Shown here one piece after another: positions 8,610 through 18,814 of a stretch of 64,000 nucleotides of DNA (its first letter is position 1; every line of letters begins with the position of its first letter). Made by a program: the position numbers and the translations under genes. The DNA comes from a virus (Duplodnaviria > Caudoviricetes), in the IMG/VR virus record IMGVR_UViG_3300047160_014545, positions 1-64,000 of that record. One strand, 5' to 3'. Below the pieces are notes generated by a model, which made no database searches, was not told the origin of the DNA, and saw only the letters and a list, made by a program, of their open reading frames with translations.

Positions 8610-10535
8610 TCAAGCGCCATCGCCGCCGAGGATATAGGTCTCATTGCCAACCTCGACGACTGTGATCAAAGCACCTCTGCCGGCGGTGCCGGTAAAGTTG
8701 TGTGGTTGAGGAATGAGTGTTACCGCGGCAAAGTTCGGAGTTACTTTGCCGGTTCCGGATTGGACAAGACCGCACTCAAAATTGAAAGTGGCGCCGCCGA
8801 GACCGGTAGGCACTGTTACCGCGATCGGAGAATTTGAGGTATAAGTAACAACTCCGTCTTTATCGGCTGCGGTTAGCGTATCGGTGGTGCCCGCTACGGT
8901 GCGCCTGGTGGTGCCAACCGGTCCAGTCGGCCCGGTGACGCCTTGCGCTCCTTGAGCACCCTGAGTGCCGGTAAAACCGGTCTGCCCGCGCAAGCCGGTG
9001 GGTCCAGTATTGCCCAATGGTCCGGTGACGCCCGCAGAGCCTTGCGGGCCAGCAGCACCCGTAGCGCCGGTAGGACCAACATTCCCCTGAAGTCCTTGAG
9101 CGCCAGCTGATCCGGCTGGTCCAGTCGGGCCAGCACCTGTCGGTCCCGTGGCACCAACGGCACCCGGAGTGCCGGCGGTCCCTTGATTGCCTTGAGCTCC
9201 GGTCGGACCAGCAACACCAGCCACACCTTGCGGGCCAGCACTGCCAGTAAAGCCGGTAACACCTGGAACGCCCTGGATGCCAGCGGGACCGGTTGCGCCG
9301 ATACCACCCGGAATGCCGGTAGGCCCGGTCTGACCCTGAACACCCGCAGCGCCGGTGGCACCAGTAGGACCGCCTGAAGGACCGGTGGGCCCGGTAAAAC
9401 CGGTGCCGCCCCCGGGTGGCCCGGTCATTCCGGTGGCCCCTGTAGGGCCTCCAGGCGTGCCCGCAACCCCGGTTGGTCCGGTCGCGCCAAATCCCGTAGC
9501 GCCCGTCGGGCCGAGAGGTCCGGTCTGCCCGATTGCGCCAATGGCTCCGGTGGCACCTTGCAATCCGGTCGGGCCGGTGACCCCGGCAGGACCCTGCACA
9601 CCGGCAACCCCAGTGGGCCCCTGCGAGCCAGCTGGCCCCACTCCGCCAGTTGGGCCGATAATGCCCTGAGCACCTTGAGCACCAGTGGGACCGGTTGGCC
9701 CTACTCCAGTAGGCCCGGACGGGCCGCTCGGGCCAGTCGCAGCAGCCCCGGCGGGACCGGTGGCTCCAGGAGGACCGGCATTGCCTTGGACCCCGGCACC
9801 ACCAGTTGGGCCAATGATACCCTGCGGACCCGTGGTACCGGTAGGACCTAATCCCCCCGCAGGCCCGGTCGAGCCAGCTGGACCAATCCCGCCACCGACG
9901 CCGGTTGGTCCAGTGTGACCAGGGTCCCCGGTCGCTCCGGTCGGGCCACCGGATGGTCCAGTTGGGCCTAGAGCACCGGTTGGCCCGCCAGCCGGTCCGG
10001 TTGGGCCCAGGGCTCCAGTCCCTCCGGCAAGGCCGGTGGGACCAGTTGCTCCTGTACCAAAACCAGTCGGACCCAAAGCACCTGTGGCACCCGGAATACC
10101 CGTTGGACCGGTATGTCCAGATACGCCGGCAACACCCTGAGGGCCAGCGGTGCCGGTCGGGCCAGCAGCACCGCGCCCGCCAGTCGGCCCCGCAGGTCCC
10201 GGCGGTCCGGTAATGCCTCCAGGAATCGGCCGCGCCGGAGTTGGCGCCGGTGCCGTACCGACAACCGTTATCGTAAAATCGCCAAAGAATGTTTGATTAT
10301 TGAGAGTATCGACCGCTTGAACAGTAATAACATTATCACCGGAACCGATAGTGCCAGACCATTGCGTAACAAGATTGGCACCATTGATAGCAAATCGAGT
10401 GTTGACCCCGACCAACGTAAATATCGCCGGCAGCGGAATTCCGGCGTCGGTTTGCAACTGAAAGCTACCGACAATGGTAAATTGCGGCGCATTGGCATTG
10501 ACGACACCGCTGCCGGACAGGGTGAATGACGTCAT
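8610..10535 (-). CDS. Collagen-like fibre protein (cadherin/Ig-like N-domain, about 145 Gly-X-Y triplets, C-terminal fibre domain)
   Basis: GPT/GAT/GxQ triplets across approx. 8910-10217; C-terminal T.TLTAAD....V..T......VTVP..L. Confidence 0.85.
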   Translation of the reverse strand: MTSFTLSGSGVVNANAPQFTIVGSFQLQTDAGIPLPAIFTLVGVNTRFAINGANLVTQWSGTIGSGDNVITVQAVDTLNNQTFFGDFTITVVGTAPAPTPARPIPGGITGPPGPAGPTGGRGAAGPTGTAGPQGVAGVSGHTGPTGIPGATGALGPTGFGTGATGPTGLAGGTGALGPTGPAGGPTGALGPTGPSGGPTGATGDPGHTGPTGVGGGIGPAGSTGPAGGLGPTGTTGPQGIIGPTGGAGVQGNAGPPGATGPAGAAATGPSGPSGPTGVGPTGPTGAQGAQGIIGPTGGVGPAGSQGPTGVAGVQGPAGVTGPTGLQGATGAIGAIGQTGPLGPTGATGFGATGPTGVAGTPGGPTGATGMTGPPGGGTGFTGPTGPSGGPTGATGAAGVQGQTGPTGIPGGIGATGPAGIQGVPGVTGFTGSAGPQGVAGVAGPTGAQGNQGTAGTPGAVGATGPTGAGPTGPAGSAGAQGLQGNVGPTGATGAAGPQGSAGVTGPLGNTGPTGLRGQTGFTGTQGAQGAQGVTGPTGPVGTTRRTVAGTTDTLTAADKDGVVTYTSNSPIAVTVPTGLGGATFNFECGLVQSGTGKVTPNFAAVTLIPQPHNFTGTAGRGALITVVEVGNETYILGGDGA

Positions 10536-10561
10536 TTCCGATCGTCCCTTTGATTTTAGGG

Positions 10562-10666
10562 CTAAACGCGCGTTCCGAATTTAGCGGTCAGGACTTGTTT
10601 TTCGACCGGCTGCGCAGGCTCGGGCGGAATTACATTCGCCGTGTCGAAATCACTTTCGATCGACAC
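10562..10666 (-). CDS. Possible 34-aa micro-[37 protein letters not shown]
   Basis: GTG start 7 nt after AAGGAG; fills an intergenic gap. Confidence 0.3.
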   Translation of the reverse strand: MSIESDFDTANVIPPEPAQPVEKQVLTAKFGTRV

Positions 10667-10745
10667 GAGAATTTCTCCTTGTATCGGGACAGCCGCCATC
10701 GCTTGCTGCCCCTGAGCACCGGCACCCAACAACATTTTAGGAAGG

Positions 10746-11336
10746 TTATTCGAGCGGGTCTTTGGTCATGGTGACGTGCAAATCAACGGCCGCATTGATC
10801 CAAGACTTAATTGCGTGCTGTTGGAATTCTGCGTTGCGCGGCTGAAGATCCGCATCGAGCCCATAGCCGTAGCCGTAACCAAAATCGCAGTTGATGCCGA
10901 TGTCGTCAAAATGGTCGTTCTCACGCCATTTCTTGTTGAAGTAGACGAAGGAAAGCGCCGAGAGCGGTGGCCATTTGGCTCGTGGATCCGCTATCGCGCG
11001 CTGCGATGACCAATGCGGCACCACTAGAATGCATTGTCCCTGTGGCTTTAATATCCGGTAAACCTCATTGAAGAACGCGATGCGCTCGGGCATATCGAGA
11101 CGGTGCAAATAATGCGCCGAGAACACGGCATCGACCACCGCATCATCGACAGGCCATGGCATCGACTTTAGATCAATGACGTGGTCGACAGCATCGGTCT
11201 TAATTGCATCGAGCCCGATAAACCCGTCCTCGCGCTGCTGATAGGCACCCGCCAGCCGTAGCTTGAAGGGCGCATCCTTGGGCGGAGCGATCCGGAAGGA
11301 AACCAGCCGTGGCTTAGCTCGAGCGGCGCGCGGCAT
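10746..11336 (-). CDS. Class I SAM-dependent methyltransferase-like protein (degenerate motif I)
   Basis: GFIGLD...VDHVIDL...PWP..D..VD.VFS.H.L..L...ERI.FFNEVYRILKP.G.....VPHWSS.RA..DP. Confidence 0.7.
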   Translation of the reverse strand: MPRAARAKPRLVSFRIAPPKDAPFKLRLAGAYQQREDGFIGLDAIKTDAVDHVIDLKSMPWPVDDAVVDAVFSAHYLHRLDMPERIAFFNEVYRILKPQGQCILVVPHWSSQRAIADPRAKWPPLSALSFVYFNKKWRENDHFDDIGINCDFGYGYGYGLDADLQPRNAEFQQHAIKSWINAAVDLHVTMTKDPLE

Positions 11337-11341
11337 GTTCG

Positions 11342-11905
11342 TTACACTTTCATCTCAGTAATAGTGCTTTCATGGTAGAAAGAGATCGTCCGGATCGGCC
11401 ATTCACACTGGTTCTGTAGAATCTCGCGCGCGGTGCGCAACAGAGATTCGATCGCGTGCTGCCCACCTACATCTTCAAGGATGTAGAACCCACCAGGGCG
11501 CATGTAATCCATCAGAACGTGATAGGCGAGAATCTGGTCTTGCGGATCATGCCCACCGTCATCAACGATGACATCAAACGGGAAATGGGCTTCAGCAACC
11601 CGATGGAGATCGTTGTCGACACCTGAGTTTCCGATTTCGATTGCGATGCGCTGATCGCCCGTAAAGAGCTCTTTCCGATCTTCTCGGAGATCCATTCCAA
11701 CGATATGGCCACGGTGGAAATAATCGCGCCACATGCGCAAGCTGGCACCATCGCCGACCCCTATTTCGAGCAGCTTGATGGGTTCATCTCGTAACCGCTG
11801 CAGATAGCCATGGTACCAATCAAGGTAATTGTGGCTACCCGAGGCTTTGTCGGTGCCGTGCTTACGGCCGAGAACGTCAAGAATTGAGCGGGTCATGATT
11901 ATCAA
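11342..11905 (-). CDS. Sugar O-methyltransferase-like protein (MycE/TylE-type class I MTase)
   Basis: GTDK....HNY...Y..Y....R....KLLEIGV.DGASLRMWRDYF....IVG.D...FDVIVDDGGH...LM.PGG.YI.ED. Confidence 0.8.
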   Translation of the reverse strand: MIIMTRSILDVLGRKHGTDKASGSHNYLDWYHGYLQRLRDEPIKLLEIGVGDGASLRMWRDYFHRGHIVGMDLREDRKELFTGDQRIAIEIGNSGVDNDLHRVAEAHFPFDVIVDDGGHDPQDQILAYHVLMDYMRPGGFYILEDVGGQHAIESLLRTAREILQNQCEWPIRTISFYHESTITEMKV

Positions 11906-12132
11906 CTAGGTGGGAAAGCATGAGTAAAGCCGATTTTGTAAGGATCCCAAATAGTCCTCAATAACTCATTCATTGCGAGGAATTGAACGATCAGGTCAGC
12001 TTCATCAGGATTGGCCTGGCGCCATTCGTCGTGGCTGTCCAGTGCGAGCCCCGGCCCATTCTCGTCGGGCGGCTCAGCGCCTTGCGCTTTGGCCCAATCC
12101 AGAAAAGCACGAATATTATTCTCGTCAGCCAT
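11902..12132 (-). CDS. Hypothetical protein
   Basis: 76-aa ORF tightly packed between the GT and the MTase. Confidence 0.5.
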   Translation of the reverse strand: MADENNIRAFLDWAKAQGAEPPDENGPGLALDSHDEWRQANPDEADLIVQFLAMNELLRTIWDPYKIGFTHAFPPS

Positions 12133-12145
12133 TTAATTTCCCCCC

Positions 12146-12895
12146 TCACCACATTGTGTCCGTTTCGGAAGAATAATGGCCCACTTTCACAGAGCAATCA
12201 ACAGCGCATTTATAACCATGCTTGTAAAAGTCGCTCCATCCATATAAATCTTGCGTCCAAGCACCTTCAGTTGCGCTTGCCGGAGTCTTGAACCACGGTC
12301 GCCGCAGGCGTGCATCCTTGAACATTTCCAATCGAAACAGCGTAAATCCCATACCGAGCCCGTTGCACAGCACCAAGCCACCATTCGGGTCGGGCAATTG
12401 CGGGCGGAAATTGAGCGGATGGCTGTTCGGATCGCCCCATATCTGCGCGCAGCCGCCTGGGCCTTTGGTGAAATAAAGGCCGCCGATCGCCGCCAGGCCC
12501 GGGTGCTCTTCCATCCGCCGTGCCAATTGCACCATGCCGTCGCTCGGCGGCGCGTTGTCGTGCTCAATCGTCAGAATGTATTTCCAGGTCGACAAATCCG
12601 GATTTGCCAGGATGCCCTCGATGCAACGCGAGTAGGCGTCGCCGACTTCGAGCCCCTGCGCGCCCAAACGGATGAACCGGTTATTAGGTGGATTAATCAT
12701 GCCCATCCACGAGACCGCCACCCGGAACGGAATCATTGCTGGCTTTTCCGGCTCTTTGAGATTAACCGCCGGTACAATAGCGATGGTCGATAGATCCTTC
12801 CAACTGTGCTCGGAACTAAGCCGATTTACGGTTTGCGAGAGATCGGCATTGTGTCGCCCGCTATCATTGGTGAAGATAATGGGTTCTGCGTTCAT
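12146..12895 (-). CDS. GT-A fold (GT2-like) glycosyltransferase
   Basis: LEVGDAYSRCIEGIL, YILTIEHDNAPP (DxD-like), AIGGLYFTKG, CNGLGMGFTLFRLEMFK, TQDLY, CAVDCSVKVGH. Confidence 0.8.
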   Translation of the reverse strand: MNAEPIIFTNDSGRHNADLSQTVNRLSSEHSWKDLSTIAIVPAVNLKEPEKPAMIPFRVAVSWMGMINPPNNRFIRLGAQGLEVGDAYSRCIEGILANPDLSTWKYILTIEHDNAPPSDGMVQLARRMEEHPGLAAIGGLYFTKGPGGCAQIWGDPNSHPLNFRPQLPDPNGGLVLCNGLGMGFTLFRLEMFKDARLRRPWFKTPASATEGAWTQDLYGWSDFYKHGYKCAVDCSVKVGHYSSETDTMW

Positions 12896-12898
12896 TGC

Positions 12899-13729
12899 TT
12901 ACGCTCGATAAGGCCATAAGGAAACTCCGGCTAGGCCACCGCGACCAATCAAATACCATAGTAGATCCTGTGGCCAGATCAGAAATTGATTTATATTGCG
13001 CGCATATTGAGCAAGGTCTGTGCCGAGCGCCCGGTTCCATATATCGGCGCCAACGAATGTGGCATTACTGGCGGAAGTCGGAGACTCACCAGTAACTCCA
13101 TAAGTGCCAACTCCGATGTAGTTGTTGCGAACATCGTAAACAGATGTAGACGGAGACGAAAACGTAACATCGGTCCCGTCAAGCTGTACGAAGAAGGTGT
13201 TACCTACCCTGGTTCCACTAAAAAGATGGAAATTCCCATCAACGACCGAAGCGATGCTGTCAACGCTATCCGGACTATTAACCCCGTCGTATGTGCTTAA
13301 CGCAAACTGACCAGCCGTACTACTATTAGCACTAAGCGCTACTTCCGGCGTATTGTAATTAAGATTGTTGTTTGATTGGACCAGGAGCCGGCTATTGTTG
13401 GCGTTTGATGCCGGGTTCGCCAGGACAGCGAGAGTGAAATCACCTTTGCCATCCCCGGGAGAGGATGTCGTAAGGACCGCGCGGCCCTGGCTGAACCGCG
13501 GCGCGTCTGTGCCGTTCATCGTGGTTTGGGGCCCCAAAGGGCCATTCGAGATCGCGCTCCCCGTCGTGCTGCCGTAAACCCCATTGACGAGATCGATTTG
13601 CAAACCGCCGAGCGTGCGCCAGCAAAAACACAGTCCGCGGGTCAGCGGGTTGGACCAATCTATTCGCGGAATGCCACCTAAAGCAACTTTGCGGTAGCGA
13701 TTGGCGATCGGTCGAGCAACAGAGGGCAT
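12899..13729 (-). CDS. Concanavalin A/LamG-like beta-sandwich protein
   Basis: IDWSNPLTRGL.F....GG...DLV; FT.AV.A.P; FH...GTR.G....VQLDG; IWNRAL...LA....N..QFL.WP. Confidence 0.7.
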   Translation of the reverse strand: MPSVARPIANRYRKVALGGIPRIDWSNPLTRGLCFCWRTLGGLQIDLVNGVYGSTTGSAISNGPLGPQTTMNGTDAPRFSQGRAVLTTSSPGDGKGDFTLAVLANPASNANNSRLLVQSNNNLNYNTPEVALSANSSTAGQFALSTYDGVNSPDSVDSIASVVDGNFHLFSGTRVGNTFFVQLDGTDVTFSSPSTSVYDVRNNYIGVGTYGVTGESPTSASNATFVGADIWNRALGTDLAQYARNINQFLIWPQDLLWYLIGRGGLAGVSLWPYRA

Positions 13730-13737
13730 TCAGACGC

Positions 13738-14484
13738 CTAGAGTTGCACGGCCCAGGGAGCCAAGAAAACAGCCCAAGCCGTGGGCATCGTCGCTTTTGA
13801 ATTGTTCTGGATCCGCACCTTGAATGGCACGGTCGGCAAATTTATGACGGACCGGCCATCCATCGGGCTCGTATTGCCTGCGACGTAAGCAGCATTGTCC
13901 AAAGGAATGCTAAAATCAGGTGTGCGTATTTGCGCCGGCACTGTGGTGCTTGGCGTTTGGAGAACACTGTCGAATGTGAGACCGCCATCTCGCGATTCCA
14001 AGAACCAGCCATCCAGATGCGCATTGAGGCCCGGCGTAAATCCGGCACCGCCACACATAAACCAGATGTCACCTTGTAATGCTTGATTGATGTCGGAAGG
14101 AGACTGACGGAATATTCCAGTGCTATTCCAATAACTCGACGTGAGTGCCGCGCCGTCGATGAGATTGGTCGCCTCACCTCCGATCAGCACCGGATAATTG
14201 TAGATATTGATGGCGGTGCTAGCACTACTGCTGGTCGCCGTGAGTATCGTAATAGCGGTACCGCTGGTGACGGAAGCCACGATATCAGGCGCGTGACCGC
14301 CAGCGCCAAGAGTAAGATATTGCCCTCGAATTACACCGGTTCCGGCCGGACCGCCCTGGGAGTTAGGAGTGAAACCCGCGATCGTGTCGACATTCGCATT
14401 GGTATGAGTGGCCGCCGTACCTGACAAAACCGCCGGGCTCAGATAGCCGGCATTCCCTGCCGCTGCGAGAAAATTGGTGGGCAT
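13738..14484 (-). CDS. Putative virion accessory protein (paralog of 21436..22203)
   Basis: FTPG....LDGWFLES.DGG.TF...PDFSIPL...LP..PFKVRIQNNS.ATMP; adjacent to the LamG gene. Confidence 0.6.
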   Translation of the reverse strand: MPTNFLAAAGNAGYLSPAVLSGTAATHTNANVDTIAGFTPNSQGGPAGTGVIRGQYLTLGAGGHAPDIVASVTSGTAITILTATSSSASTAINIYNYPVLIGGEATNLIDGAALTSSYWNSTGIFRQSPSDINQALQGDIWFMCGGAGFTPGLNAHLDGWFLESRDGGLTFDSVLQTPSTTVPAQIRTPDFSIPLDNAAYVAGNTSPMDGRSVINLPTVPFKVRIQNNSKATMPTAWAVFLAPWAVQL

Positions 14485-14491
14485 GAATGCT

Positions 14492-15001
14492 TTAACTCAG
14501 TCCGGCCGCATCGAGATCATTATGATTCACCTCTGATCTGAGCCCACCACCACCGTTAACGAGATCGCTAGGATTTGTTTGCGCTGACCACCAAAGAATC
14601 TGTGGCGCATCATAAAGCGCGTAGAGATTGGTTAGATTAGTTCGAGTGGTAGGAAAAGCAGCGGCGGTAAAAAAGCTATTCAATTGTCTTCGCGCCTGTG
14701 AAGCCTGAGAGACATCCACTGTTCCCAATGCCAAAATGTCTCGCACTAACTGCTTCTGATCGTTTGGCGTCGTTGGCAATGAATTAAAATCATTAGGAAG
14801 TATGCAATCATAAATCTTATATGTTGCCACGATTGCGGGCACTGCCGGACCAGCTATTTTGAGCGTGTTTATCTCATTCAATTTAGCATCGGTCGTGGTG
14901 CTGACCAGCGTTGGCCACTTGGCTATTAGCGCATCATAATGGCCTGGCGGCGCGCCCGCGGTCGGCAGCGGAGCGCTTGCTTCTTCTACGACATCAGCCA
15001 T
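14492..15001 (-). CDS. Hypothetical protein
   Basis: 169-aa ORF with 2-7 nt gaps to its neighbours. Confidence 0.55.
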   Translation of the reverse strand: MADVVEEASAPLPTAGAPPGHYDALIAKWPTLVSTTTDAKLNEINTLKIAGPAVPAIVATYKIYDCILPNDFNSLPTTPNDQKQLVRDILALGTVDVSQASQARRQLNSFFTAAAFPTTRTNLTNLYALYDAPQILWWSAQTNPSDLVNGGGGLRSEVNHNDLDAAGLS

Positions 15002-15003
15002 TT

Positions 15004-18000
15004 TTACAGCATGCCCATTTGATAATACAACGCGGGATTGCCGACGCCCGAGCTGAGGCTTTGCCAGGCAATCGTTCCGGGTACCGCACTACCAGCGGAT
15101 GATGTGCTCCCATCTCCGGGGAACGCCACCGACCCTTGTGCATTGGGTATGCCCGGCAGATTGAACGAAAGGGCCTGCCGGGAAATTGCCATGGTAGTGC
15201 CGAGCCAAGTCGGTGCCGCAGCCGATAGCGAGGTATTGCCGGTCGCTGTGGCGCTTGCCGAATTTCCCATGATTCCTAACAGATAATCGCTCCCGCTCAG
15301 TATCGCGCCGAATGGTATGTCGTGCCGCAGCCACGCACTGAAGTTAGATGAAACCGCATTCATTTGCGCATAAGCGCTGGTGCCCGAAGTCGTGCTCGCC
15401 GAGGTCGAAAATGACGAACTGACTTGAGCACTGGTTCCCTGCGGCCATGCCATCGTGACCGTGTTGCTCATCGTGTGCGAGCCGGAATTTCGGCTAATAC
15501 TCCACGACTCAGTAAGACCAAAGGTCGCTATCGTTGACGAATAACTGGAGAAGGAATTGGTGCTCGTGCCGCCTTGCCGCGAATAGAGCACCAAACTCTG
15601 GGTCGAGCCCCACGATGCGCTCGCTGTCAGCGTAGCAGTATTGCTCGAGGTCACGCTGTAGCCGACCGTGCCGACGGCAACATTGCGTGAGGCCAACAAC
15701 CGAACTTGGTTCACCGACAAATAATTTGCCGGAAGGATCAGCGGTGCCACCTGCATGGTGCCAACCGCTAGCGCCAGGGTCGTCGTAGAGATCAGCGGCA
15801 TATTCTCGAAGTACATATTCGAGATGCCGGCGGGTCCACTGATAACCAATGTTGATGAGGAAAAACCCACCGAAACCGCACCAGCACCCGACAGCGTCAG
15901 AGTGCCGACCGTAACCGCCGATGACGATGCGAGGCCGGTCGTATTTCCTACGGCGACGAAATTATTCGTCGCGAAAAGTGAAATTGTGCTGCCAGACGTT
16001 GACAGCGATATGCCGTTGCTCGCCACCAGCGATGACGTCGCCGGTAACGACATGACAATTGATGAATTGCTAAAGCCGACGCTCAACGCCCCCGATGCGT
16101 TGAATGTCAGCGAACCGGAATTAACTGAGACGCTCGAGGTGACCGCAGTGGTGTTGCCCACTGCGTACATGCTCAGCGGGCCCGGCCCAACCGTGCCCCC
16201 GGAAATGATGATCGTGTTCGACGAATAGCCGACACTGGCGGCACCAGCGCCACTAAATGACAATGCTTCCGGTAATGCCGACGAGGTCGACGACGACACC
16301 GTGGTATTGCCCACAGCAAAGAGGCTGAGATTGGGCAACGGTGCCGAAATGACCGCCGCACCGGCACCCGCCGCAGTCGTCGAGTAACCAACGCTGACGG
16401 CACCCGCTCCGGAGAGCGATATGCTGGTCAGCGTCGCGGTCGTCGACGATGACAACCCCGTTGTATTACCGATCCCGTATAAGTTTTGAACCGTACCGCT
16501 GGCTGCCGGCCCGGAAATCACCAAGGCCCCAGCACCCGCAGCCGTGGTCGAATATCCTACCGAGACGCCACCCGCTCCCGAAACCGACATGACGCTGAGC
16601 GTATCGGTGGTCGATGACGACAGCGCTGTGGTGTTGCCGAGAGCGAATAAATTCTCGACGGTGCCGGAGGCGACGGTTGTTGCCCCCGAGATGACGAGCG
16701 CACCGGCACCCGCCGCGGTGGTCGAAAAGCCGACGCTGACTCCACCGGCCCCACTGATGGAGATGCTGCTTAATGTTTGCGTCGTCGAAGAGGAAGCCCC
16801 GACCGTATTACCGATCGCGAATTCATTCTGCACCACCCCGGAAGCGGCTGTCGTCGCTCCCGAGATGATCAGCACACCCGAATTGGCGGCAGTAGCGAAA
16901 CCAACACTAACGCCGCCAGCACCGCTCACCGAAAGACTGTTGAGCGTCCCTACAGCCGAGGACGACGCCGAAGTTGTATTCCCGAGTGCGGCGATGCTGT
17001 TCGCGGTTCCCGATGCGATTGGCGGGGTAACAGACAGCATCAAGACGGCAGAGTTTGCCGCAGTCGAAAAGCCTGCCGATATTCCGCCGGTGACGCTGAC
17101 CGTCAGGCTGCCGAGCGTACCGAGCGCCGACGAGGATTGTCCGAAGGTGTTGCCGCTGGCAATCCGGCTCTCGGCGGTGCCCGAAGCCGAAGTCGTGGCA
17201 CCCGAAATAACCAAGGCGCCGGCGCCAGCGGCGGTGGTTGCATAGCCCACCGAGACACCGCCTGCACCGCTGATCGAAATCGAAGTCAGCGATTGCGTGG
17301 TCGAGGATGTCGCCCCGGTCGTATTTCCGATGGCGAACTCGTTCTGCACAGTGCCGCTGGCTATCGCGACCGGCGCCGAGATAACCAATGCCCCGGCTCC
17401 GGCAGCAGTTGTGCTGAAACCCACCGAAACCGCACCGGCACCAGAAATCGATATGCTGCTGAGGGTTTGCGTAGTAGACGAAGTCGCGCCGACCGTGTTG
17501 CCAATAGCAAATTCGTTCTGCGTGCCGCCGCTGGCAACGGTAGTCGCGCCGGAGATAACGACTATCCCCTGTCCGGCACCGGTCGTGGAGAGGCCAATGC
17601 TGACGCCGCCAGCACCACTCAGGCTGAGCTGACTGAGAGTGTGGCTGCTCGACGATGAAATCGCCGTGGTATTGCCAGATGCGAAAACATTTTGCACCGT
17701 GCCGGAAGCCACAGTCGTGGCACCGGAGATGACCAGCGCACCCGCGCCGGCCGCCGTCGTCGAAAAGCCGACGCTTACCCCGCCAGCACCTGAGATTGAG
17801 ATGCTGCTGAGGGTCTGCGTCGAAGATGACAACGCACCCGTCGTATTCCCTATAGCATATTCATTTTGCACCACCCCGCTGGCCACAGCCACCGGAGCGG
17901 AGATGACAACCGAACTGTTGCTGACCCCGACACTAACAGCACCGGCGCCATCAAACGACAGCGAGCCTGCCGCAATGACACCCGACGAGACCGAGCTCGT

Positions 18001-18378
18001 CGTGTTGCCAACCGCGTAGACGCTGATCGTCGGCGCGGTTTGCGTGCTCGAGGCCGAAATGACAATCGAGCCATTCGAGAAGCCGACCGAGGCAATCCCG
18101 GCACCGTCAAACGATAGCGAGCGGGCATCGCGCGTCTGTGAGGTAGTTGTCCCGGTCGTGTTGCCGACCGCGGACATTCCCAGCGTCTGTACGCTCTGAC
18201 TCGCCACGCTGAGGGTGGCTGTGTTGCCGGAACCGCTGATTGTCAGATTTTGCCCGGCCAGGTACAGGGTCCGGCCGGAAAGGGAGCTTCGCCCTGCGGT
18301 ATTGGTGCCGCTTAGGCCAACATGGAGCCGCGCCGGCCCGAGCGCTCGATCACCCGGGATCGGTGAGAAATCAGCCAC
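15004..18378 (-). CDS. Ser/Thr/Gly/Ala-rich repeat fibre protein (14 repeats of about 52-58 aa)
   Basis: Repeat consensus [FY]A[IVL]GNTTx(2)SSST.TL.S.S.SGAGGVSVG[FY]STTAAGAGALVISG; non-repetitive C-terminal domain of about 270 aa. Confidence 0.85.
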   Translation of the reverse strand: MADFSPIPGDRALGPARLHVGLSGTNTAGRSSLSGRTLYLAGQNLTISGSGNTATLSVASQSVQTLGMSAVGNTTGTTTSQTRDARSLSFDGAGIASVGFSNGSIVISASSTQTAPTISVYAVGNTTSSVSSGVIAAGSLSFDGAGAVSVGVSNSSVVISAPVAVASGVVQNEYAIGNTTGALSSSTQTLSSISISGAGGVSVGFSTTAAGAGALVISGATTVASGTVQNVFASGNTTAISSSSSHTLSQLSLSGAGGVSIGLSTTGAGQGIVVISGATTVASGGTQNEFAIGNTVGATSSTTQTLSSISISGAGAVSVGFSTTAAGAGALVISAPVAIASGTVQNEFAIGNTTGATSSTTQSLTSISISGAGGVSVGYATTAAGAGALVISGATTSASGTAESRIASGNTFGQSSSALGTLGSLTVSVTGGISAGFSTAANSAVLMLSVTPPIASGTANSIAALGNTTSASSSAVGTLNSLSVSGAGGVSVGFATAANSGVLIISGATTAASGVVQNEFAIGNTVGASSSTTQTLSSISISGAGGVSVGFSTTAAGAGALVISGATTVASGTVENLFALGNTTALSSSTTDTLSVMSVSGAGGVSVGYSTTAAGAGALVISGPAASGTVQNLYGIGNTTGLSSSTTATLTSISLSGAGAVSVGYSTTAAGAGAAVISAPLPNLSLFAVGNTTVSSSTSSALPEALSFSGAGAASVGYSSNTIIISGGTVGPGPLSMYAVGNTTAVTSSVSVNSGSLTFNASGALSVGFSNSSIVMSLPATSSLVASNGISLSTSGSTISLFATNNFVAVGNTTGLASSSAVTVGTLTLSGAGAVSVGFSSSTLVISGPAGISNMYFENMPLISTTTLALAVGTMQVAPLILPANYLSVNQVRLLASRNVAVGTVGYSVTSSNTATLTASASWGSTQSLVLYSRQGGTSTNSFSSYSSTIATFGLTESWSISRNSGSHTMSNTVTMAWPQGTSAQVSSSFSTSASTTSGTSAYAQMNAVSSNFSAWLRHDIPFGAILSGSDYLLGIMGNSASATATGNTSLSAAAPTWLGTTMAISRQALSFNLPGIPNAQGSVAFPGDGSTSSAGSAVPGTIAWQSLSSGVGNPALYYQMGML

Positions 18379-18387
18379 GGGTGCCGG

Positions 18388-18813
18388 CTAGAAGTCGGCA
18401 GCAAACGTGGTCAACGTGACCGATAGTGCCGTCGTTACCGTCGTGAGCGAGGCAAATTTGAGCACATCACCGGAAATCAGATACAGAAAGGGGTTGCCAT
18501 CGCTATCGATCGGCAGACCCGGAATAACTGCCGGATCCAGGATATTCGTTGACGGGGTTCCGTTCACATTGCCGGAACTAATCGCCACGTTTTTCGTACC
18601 CAACAGATAGTCCGTACCACCATTAGTAATAAACACTTGGATATCGCGAGCCACCGTGTCCGTGCTCGTGGCGATGATGCCGGTAATTTTGCTGCCGTTG
18701 GCACCCGCGGTATAGCCGGTGACCAAGGTTGTGCCGGTCGCATTGAGGATTTTGACTTTGAGGTTTTGCGGCTGATACGGAAAAACCGGTGTAGCGTTAG
18801 GCGTGAACGGCAC
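18388..18813 (-). CDS. Small beta-rich virion protein
   Basis: PVFP..PQN..V.ILNA.GTTL.T.YTAGANGSKI.GI.ATSTD...RD.Q..IT.GGT.Y.LGT; lies between two fibre genes. Confidence 0.6.
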   Translation of the reverse strand: MPFTPNATPVFPYQPQNLKVKILNATGTTLVTGYTAGANGSKITGIIATSTDTVARDIQVFITNGGTDYLLGTKNVAISSGNVNGTPSTNILDPAVIPGLPIDSDGNPFLYLISGDVLKFASLTTVTTALSVTLTTFAADF

Positions 18814-18814
18814 T

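Noticed and set aside
15755-18019. Plus-strand ORFs and apparent DNA tandem repeats suggesting a CRISPR array or second gene
   Set aside because: The repeats are degenerate at synonymous positions, have no unique spacers and are fully explained by the 1124-aa repeat protein; no cas genes are present.
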